Shown here: one piece after another, positions 58,701 to 64,000 of the stretch | Position numbering within the stretch: the stretch's first letter is position 1 | Layout: the number at the start of each line of letters is the position of its first letter | Assembly (NCBI GenBank): GCA_963701665.1 | Contig: OY969622.1 | Coordinates: forward strand, 1,152,001-1,216,000 | From: Candidatus Babeliales bacterium | GTDB taxonomy: Bacteria; Babelota; Babeliae; Babelales; JANWKD01 | Length of the DNA: 64,000 nucleotides | Reading direction: 5' to 3' | Program-made: the position numbers and the translations under genes | Notes under the pieces: generated by a model | Databases searched by the model: none | Seen by the model: only the letters and a program-made list of their open reading frames with translations | Told to the model about the DNA's origin: nothing

Positions 58701-60386
58701 CTAATCTAAAAAGTAGAGGCGTACGCTGAAGAACGCGCGCGTTTTATAAAAAAGATACCCAATCATCATGCATAAAGGTCCTGTCCACAACCAAAATCCC
58801 ATTTTGGTAAGGAAAAAAGTTTTGAGTGCAGAGGTGCATGCATAACTTATAAGCACAATACCACCTTGATAAAGAAGCCCAAATAATAAGATAAGAAGAA
58901 GTAATTGTTTACCTGCTGCTTTAACAAAGGTAAAGAACGGTCTGATATAAATAGACATCGAAAAATTTCTGTGCAAAAACCATAAGAGTAAAAAACTTTG
59001 CAAGGCACATGAAAATACCATAGCAAGTGCCAGACCAACTGCCCCGAAAAATGGCATTAACAGTTTTCCAAAACAGTAGTTGCTCACAATTGCAACTAGT
59101 GAAACAATAATAATTGATGATGTTGAACCTTTGAGTGTATAAAAAAGGCTCAAAATAATTTTATAGAGCGAAAAGAAAAAAAGGCCTGCTAAAAACGCAA
59201 TGAGCACGTTGCTTGCTTGTGCAACATGATCAACGGTAAATTTGGATGACAAAAATAAGGTAAGGAAAATTTTTTCAGCTAACAGCATCATGATAAGCAT
59301 TGCGGGAATAGTAATCCAAAAAACTACTTTTGCTGCTTCAAGTAAATAGATACTTAAGCGTTGAGGAGCGTAGGTACTCACGCGCGAAAAATAGGGCAAC
59401 AAAATTGTAGAAAATGCGGTAGCAAAAACGCCCAAAGGAATCCCCATAAATCTATTTGCGTAATTAAGAAACGAGATAGAACCGTGGGGCAAATAGGTTG
59501 CCACTGTTGTGATAATGGCCAAATTAACTTCCAAAATGCTCATGCTAAAGAAAAATGGAATAAATTTTATTAAAAGATCTTTGAAGTATGGTTTTATTTC
59601 ATGGGTAGGGTAAGCAAATTTGAAATGCAACATATAAAAAGCGGCGATATGCAAAAAAAGCTGCAATAATCCACCCACCAAAATAAAATAACATAAACTT
59701 TCAACCGATAAACCAAATTTCAAGCAACTCAAAAGACCTGCTATATAAACAACATTCATCAAAACGGGGGCGATGGCAGGAATAAAAAAATGATTTACTG
59801 CTTGTAATGCCCCAGCTAGAATTGCACTGCTCGAAAGATAAATTATAAATGAGATAAGCAACCGTAAATAGATAATTGCATGCTGCGCAATTTCAGGACC
59901 TGGCCCAGGAATATACCATGCGGGGAAAAACCATTCAAACAGTGATCCCAAAAAAGGGATTGATGATTTGAGCGGTTGTACTGCGCCATCCATATACCAA
60001 CCGGGCGCTAAAAAACGAATGACCAATTCAGCCTGCCAGAAAATAAGAACGCATAAGCCAATTAAAATTCCTTCAAATAACAAAAATGTCAGACTCATTA
60101 AAGATCCAACAAGATCACGGCGATCTTTTTTTGTTAAAGTAACTAACGTTGGCACTAACGCAGAGCTTAATGCCCCTTCTGCAAAAATTTTGCGCAACGA
60201 ATTAGGAATTTTATAGGCAGTAAAAAATGCATCTGAAAGTGCCCCAGCGCCCAGGAATTGCACCATTAAGATTTCACGTGCAAGACCCAATAACCTACTC
60301 AAAAGTGTCGAAGTTCCGACTTGAATTGTTTTTTTTATGACACCTTTTTTATCAAATGATAAGGCCGCTTGTTGTTTGGTGAGCAT
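58701..60386 (-). CDS. murJ: Lipid II flippase MurJ/MviN
   Basis: SRLLGLARE, DAFFTAYKIPNSLRKIFAEGA and YANRFMGIPLGVF. Confidence 0.93.
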   Translation of the reverse strand: MLTKQQAALSFDKKGVIKKTIQVGTSTLLSRLLGLAREILMVQFLGAGALSDAFFTAYKIPNSLRKIFAEGALSSALVPTLVTLTKKDRRDLVGSLMSLTFLLFEGILIGLCVLIFWQAELVIRFLAPGWYMDGAVQPLKSSIPFLGSLFEWFFPAWYIPGPGPEIAQHAIIYLRLLISFIIYLSSSAILAGALQAVNHFFIPAIAPVLMNVVYIAGLLSCLKFGLSVESLCYFILVGGLLQLFLHIAAFYMLHFKFAYPTHEIKPYFKDLLIKFIPFFFSMSILEVNLAIITTVATYLPHGSISFLNYANRFMGIPLGVFATAFSTILLPYFSRVSTYAPQRLSIYLLEAAKVVFWITIPAMLIMMLLAEKIFLTLFLSSKFTVDHVAQASNVLIAFLAGLFFFSLYKIILSLFYTLKGSTSSIIIVSLVAIVSNYCFGKLLMPFFGAVGLALAMVFSCALQSFLLLWFLHRNFSMSIYIRPFFTFVKAAGKQLLLLILLFGLLYQGGIVLISYACTSALKTFFLTKMGFWLWTGPLCMMIGYLFYKTRAFFSVRLYFLD

Positions 60387-60446
60387 GGGAACTCCTTGCC
60401 TAAGTAAACGTTATTAAAAAATTCCAATAGTTAATCTAAAATACAT

Positions 60447-60986
60447 TTAAGGATCAAAGCGGGAAATATCAAAATCATCGTAAAAACACAGAGTGCTAAA
60501 AGGGGAAATATCAAATAATTCATCTGTATCCAAATCAGCGCACGGATATTGGGTATGCTTAAACAAATATCGCTCTTCAGTATCTGTACAATCTTCTACA
60601 GAGCTATCGCCGATTTCTTTCTTTTGCATTTCTGGCATCCGCTCATTTTCCAGTTGCTGTTTTAATTTTCTTGCTTCTCGCGCTCGTTTGCGCCGCAATT
60701 TTCTTTTTTTTGCTTTGCTTGGCTTTTGACTTTGAAGAACATTTTTTGGTGTTATATTAACCTTTTCCATAAATGCATGGAAGGCCAGCGCATCTTCTTC
60801 AGTTCCCAATGCGGTACAGTAGCGACTAGTTTCCAAAAATTTATTTAAATGTGCCCATGCTTCTTCGCCTTTTTTGCCATTTATTTCTATATCAAAATTG
60901 TCCAAAAAACCTTTTTCACCTTGATCCATACAAGAAAGAGCAAATGAACATAACAAGATAGATATCAAAACAATGTAATGTATCAT
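60447..60986 (-). CDS. Secreted hypothetical protein with NLS-like basic tract
   Basis: Signal peptide ending LSC-MDQG; KAKKRKLRRKRAREARKLK; acidic/aromatic tail. Confidence 0.7.
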   Translation of the reverse strand: MIHYIVLISILLCSFALSCMDQGEKGFLDNFDIEINGKKGEEAWAHLNKFLETSRYCTALGTEEDALAFHAFMEKVNITPKNVLQSQKPSKAKKRKLRRKRAREARKLKQQLENERMPEMQKKEIGDSSVEDCTDTEERYLFKHTQYPCADLDTDELFDISPFSTLCFYDDFDISRFDP

Positions 60987-61695
60987 GCACTTTTCCTTTC
61001 ATCTGGCTTATAATTTTTGTCTTCCAGCAAAAACCCATTTTTAAGTTCCAGCACTGTATGCATTCTTTTTTTAATTTCAGGATCATGGGAACTTATAATC
61101 AAACCCATAGCATACTCCTCTTGATACGCGAGCACAAGATCAATAATCACAGCGCCCGTTTTTGCATCTAAATTTCCTGTGGGTTCATCAGCAAGTAAAA
61201 AACGAGGGCGATTACATAACGCGCGTGCTAAAGCCGCGCGGTGTTGCTGACCGCCCGAGAGCGTTCCAGGCAAAACGTACGCCTTATCGGTCAGGCCCAC
61301 GCGCTCAAGTAACTCGAGTGCTTCTTTTTTTACTTCATTATTATTTTTTTTGGCGAGTATCCCTTTAATCATAACATTTTCAAGAACACTCAACTCCGGA
61401 ATTAAATACGGTTGTTGAAAAAGGATACCAATGTGCTGATTATAAAAAAGTTCTTTTTGTGCTGCGGTATAGTGATCGATCCGTTCATTATGATAGGCAA
61501 CATAGCCTTCTGTTGGCTTTTCAAGGCCTGCCAGCATATGCAGAAAGGTGGATTTGCCACTTCCTGATGCGCCGGTTATGACATAGCGCATGCCTTGTTC
61601 AAAAAAAAAGTAACCCCGTTAACAATCATAACGGGGTTACCAGCTTGTATAAACGTTTTTTTTATATTGTGCGTTGAAATATGTGTTTTATTCAC
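60983..61695 (-). CDS. lolD: LolD-like ABC transporter ATPase, frameshifted at a T9 tract
   Basis: GASGSGKST, LSGGQ and LLADEPTGNLD. The N-terminus MNKTHISTHNIKKTFIQAGNPVMIVNGVTF from GTG 61695 is in another frame; one extra T at 61601-61609 restores it. Confidence 0.75.
61601..61640 (-). terminator. Intrinsic terminator-like structure inside the lolD 5' coding region
   Basis: Minus strand GTAACCCCGTTA-TGATTGT-TAACGGGGTTAC followed by T9. Confidence 0.7.
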
Positions 61696-61700
61696 GAGAA

Positions 61701-62228
61701 TTAATTATCGCTATCACTTTCATCAGACGATGCAGAATCAGTATCGGTAGAACTTTTTTCTGATGCAGAACTTTGAAAACGTTTCATCGCAAGATAGAGA
61801 GCTTCATGGTCGTGTGGACGAGCCACAATGCCATGCTCATAAGCAAAGCGAAAACGATCTGGATTATTATCAGTTTCCATTATAGTCACATAATCGAGTG
61901 CTGGCTGTGGTTTTTGCAGTTTAAGTGAGTTTTCGTTGTAGCTAATAATTATAGGTTGATTCATTTCTTGTGGCTGAACATTGCGGGCCGAAGCACGTGT
62001 ACCAACCAAAACAGGAGCTCTGAGTAAAGCAACCACACCCTCGCTCAAGGTTTCCTCAGATTGCTGTGTATTATTAGTATGGTTTCCAGGTATCAATGGT
62101 CCACCGTAGTTCAAACGCATTATATAGGTATTAAATTCTTCTAAGGTTTCCTGACCATCTTCCATACAATATAAGGCTGGCATACATAAAAAACCCAACG
62201 ATAAGAGATAAAAAGTTATTGGTTGCAT
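61701..62228 (-). CDS. Secreted hypothetical protein
   Basis: AGGGGG RBS; signal peptide ending LYC-MEDG; Ser/Asp-rich tail. Confidence 0.7.
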   Translation of the reverse strand: MQPITFYLLSLGFLCMPALYCMEDGQETLEEFNTYIMRLNYGGPLIPGNHTNNTQQSEETLSEGVVALLRAPVLVGTRASARNVQPQEMNQPIIISYNENSLKLQKPQPALDYVTIMETDNNPDRFRFAYEHGIVARPHDHEALYLAMKRFQSSASEKSSTDTDSASSDESDSDN

Positions 62229-62319
62229 AAAATTTCCCCCTGCAATAATTAAGTAAAATAATGGTATATATCATTCAGATTACGAGTATACCATTATTTT
62301 AAAAATGTCCTATATAGCC

Positions 62320-62694
62320 TTAATAATTACACTTTCTGCAAAAAAAGACCGCTATCGCTTCTTCCGGTGTTTGGCCGGGGTACTGAGGAACCAAGAGGGT
62401 ATCAAAGAGCCGTTCAACCTCACCCGGGCCCCAAGATTTTTTTTCTGGGAAATCAGGAAAAATACTGTTAATAGTTGCAGCAATCTGATTACTTTTTTTA
62501 AGATCTGCTATTATTTTCTCATTCCTCATTGCTGCGAGCTCTAACCGCGCAAAAGCAACTTCAATTTCGCCCCATTGCAACTCATCATAAGCTTTTTCAA
62601 TAAAACGGTGAGCATCAAGAGGATTACCCATTTCCATGGCACGTAAAGAATTAAAAAAAATAATTATTAATACAGCAAGAATTGAGTATTTCAT
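62320..62694 (-). CDS. Secreted hypothetical protein
   Basis: GGGAG RBS; MKYSILAVLIIIFFNSLRA-MEMG. Confidence 0.7.
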   Translation of the reverse strand: MKYSILAVLIIIFFNSLRAMEMGNPLDAHRFIEKAYDELQWGEIEVAFARLELAAMRNEKIIADLKKSNQIAATINSIFPDFPEKKSWGPGEVERLFDTLLVPQYPGQTPEEAIAVFFCRKCNY

Positions 62695-62749
62695 GAATTG
62701 CTCCCTAAAAATCATAATTTATGTGCAATAAATATATAATGAATACTCT

Positions 62750-62775
62750 TAAAAAAGGCAATAGTGAGATGAATT
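62750..62775. repeat. 26-bp direct repeat, copy 1
   Basis: TAAAAAAGGCAATAGTGAGATGAATT, identical at 63937-63962. Confidence 0.9.
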
Positions 62776-62781
62776 TTGATT

Positions 62782-63876
62782 TTATGCTTGTAATTGCTCG
62801 ATAGATTCTCTCAATTTTATTAGTGTTTCTCTATTTTTTGGTGAATCGAGAATAACTATTTTGCCTCCTTCATATTTAAAATCTAATGGAAACACTTTAA
62901 TATTTTTTTCTTCCAAGCCGAGTTCTTTAATATCTTCTGGTTCCAACCATGGAAATTTTTCCAATTTCAGATAAATGATAAAACGATTGGGAATATGCTT
63001 ATAGAATTCCTCAAGGCGCCTAAGCGGCCCCCCTTTTATTATCTCGAAAGTTCTCTCAGTATTTCCCAAATCAAGCACAATAAAAAGAGGTGAATCCACC
63101 GCCCTTTTATAAGGTATTTCTTTATAAGGCAGGGCACTTGAGCGAGTAATAACATTAAAGTTGAGAATATCCTTATCAAACGTCTTAGCATAAGGAATTT
63201 CTGTCAACGTATGTTCTATTGGAACATACCTTTCATGTTTTATTGGCACGATTTTTTGGGGAGCAGCTTGTGTGATTTTTATAGCGGCATCTTCAATAGC
63301 ATTTCTGAGCTCTGTTAATGTTTCTCTATTTTTCAGCGAATCGAGAATAACTATTTTGCCCCCTTCGTATTTAAAATCTAATGGAAACACTTTAATATTT
63401 TTTTCTTCCAAGCTGAGTTCTTCAATATCTTCTGGTTCCAACCATGGAAATTTTTCTAATTTCAAATAAATGATGAAACGATTGGAAATATTCTTATAGA
63501 ATTCCTCAAGACGCCTAAGCGGCCCCCCTTTTATTATCTCGAAAGTTCTCTCAGTATTTCCCAAATCAACCACAATAAAAAGAGGTGAATCCACAGGCTT
63601 TTTATATTGTATTTCTTTAAAAGGCAGGGCACTTGAGCGAGTAATAACATTAAAGTTGAGAATATCCTTATCAAACGTCTTAGCATAAGGGATTTCCGTT
63701 AACATATGTTCCATTGGCAAACGTTTTGGGGGAATAACTTGTGTGTTTTCTAAGGCACTTTGTAAATTTTCTAAATCATTTTTCAAGATGCTCAGTGCAT
63801 CGCGCGCAAATTCCATTGATAATGATTGCCCATACATAAAAAGAAAAATAATAATGCTAGCGTTAATTTTTTGCAT
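62782..63876 (-). CDS. Secreted protein with a recently duplicated ~140-aa domain
   Basis: Signal peptide ending SLS-MEFA; two near-identical LTEIPYAKTFDKD...KNRETL units with a 495-nt period. Confidence 0.8.
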   Translation of the reverse strand: MQKINASIIIFLFMYGQSLSMEFARDALSILKNDLENLQSALENTQVIPPKRLPMEHMLTEIPYAKTFDKDILNFNVITRSSALPFKEIQYKKPVDSPLFIVVDLGNTERTFEIIKGGPLRRLEEFYKNISNRFIIYLKLEKFPWLEPEDIEELSLEEKNIKVFPLDFKYEGGKIVILDSLKNRETLTELRNAIEDAAIKITQAAPQKIVPIKHERYVPIEHTLTEIPYAKTFDKDILNFNVITRSSALPYKEIPYKRAVDSPLFIVLDLGNTERTFEIIKGGPLRRLEEFYKHIPNRFIIYLKLEKFPWLEPEDIKELGLEEKNIKVFPLDFKYEGGKIVILDSPKNRETLIKLRESIEQLQA

Positions 63877-63936
63877 TTCTGTTACCCTCTATAGCCCATT
63901 GATTGAATTTTATTCAAAATCCTAACTTTATAAGGC

Positions 63937-63962
63937 TAAAAAAGGCAATAGTGAGATGAATT
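63937..63962. repeat. 26-bp direct repeat, copy 2
   Basis: Identical to 62750-62775. Confidence 0.9.
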
Positions 63963-64000
63963 CTTGTTTTTGATAGCACCACTCCATTAAAATAATCGTA

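Noticed and set aside
592..63925. Numerous 60-150 aa ORFs antisense or out of frame within long genes
   Set aside because: They are shadow ORFs of well-supported genes, with no RBS or motifs.
1..64000. CRISPR array, rRNA, tRNA, transposase, integrase or reverse transcriptase
   Set aside because: I saw no regularly spaced repeat-spacer array, no cas-like ORF, no RNA gene signature and no DDE, tyrosine/serine recombinase or YADD motif. This was by eye only.

Overview
AT-rich bacterial chromosomal segment read with the standard code. The gene content points to a host-dependent intracellular bacterium, most plausibly Candidatus Dependentiae (TM6/Babelota); this is an inference, not a database result. 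Housekeeping genes are acpS (partial), a YifB/ComM ATPase, a type II secretion gspF-G-H-I-J-K block with a long MCE/MlaD gene, ybeY, archaeal-type valS, tyrS, an RlmB-like methyltransferase, ftsQ-like/ftsA/ftsZ, an SbtA-family transporter, NUDIX hydrolases, murJ and a frameshifted lolD-like ATPase. They are interspersed with many orphan secreted proteins (ankyrin, WD40, F-box, SOCS-box-like, RidA-like, small basic). The strongest signals are: (1) 17 mostly unrelated orphan proteins whose signal peptide ends just before Met-Glu (or Met-Asp/Asn/Lys), a candidate effector class or export/N-terminal mimicry signal near a T2SS; (2) a modular, nested family of GTCAT...ATGAC palindromic elements at 8 loci; (3) an unassigned multi-hairpin RNA-like region upstream of ftsQAZ; (4) a recoded duplicate of the valS 3' end that marks an integration scar around a WD40 gene; (5) an intrinsic terminator inside the frameshifted lolD 5' region; (6) several catalytically degenerate enzyme homologues and unannotated antitoxin remnants. 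I recognised no rRNA, tRNA, CRISPR array, transposase or integrase.
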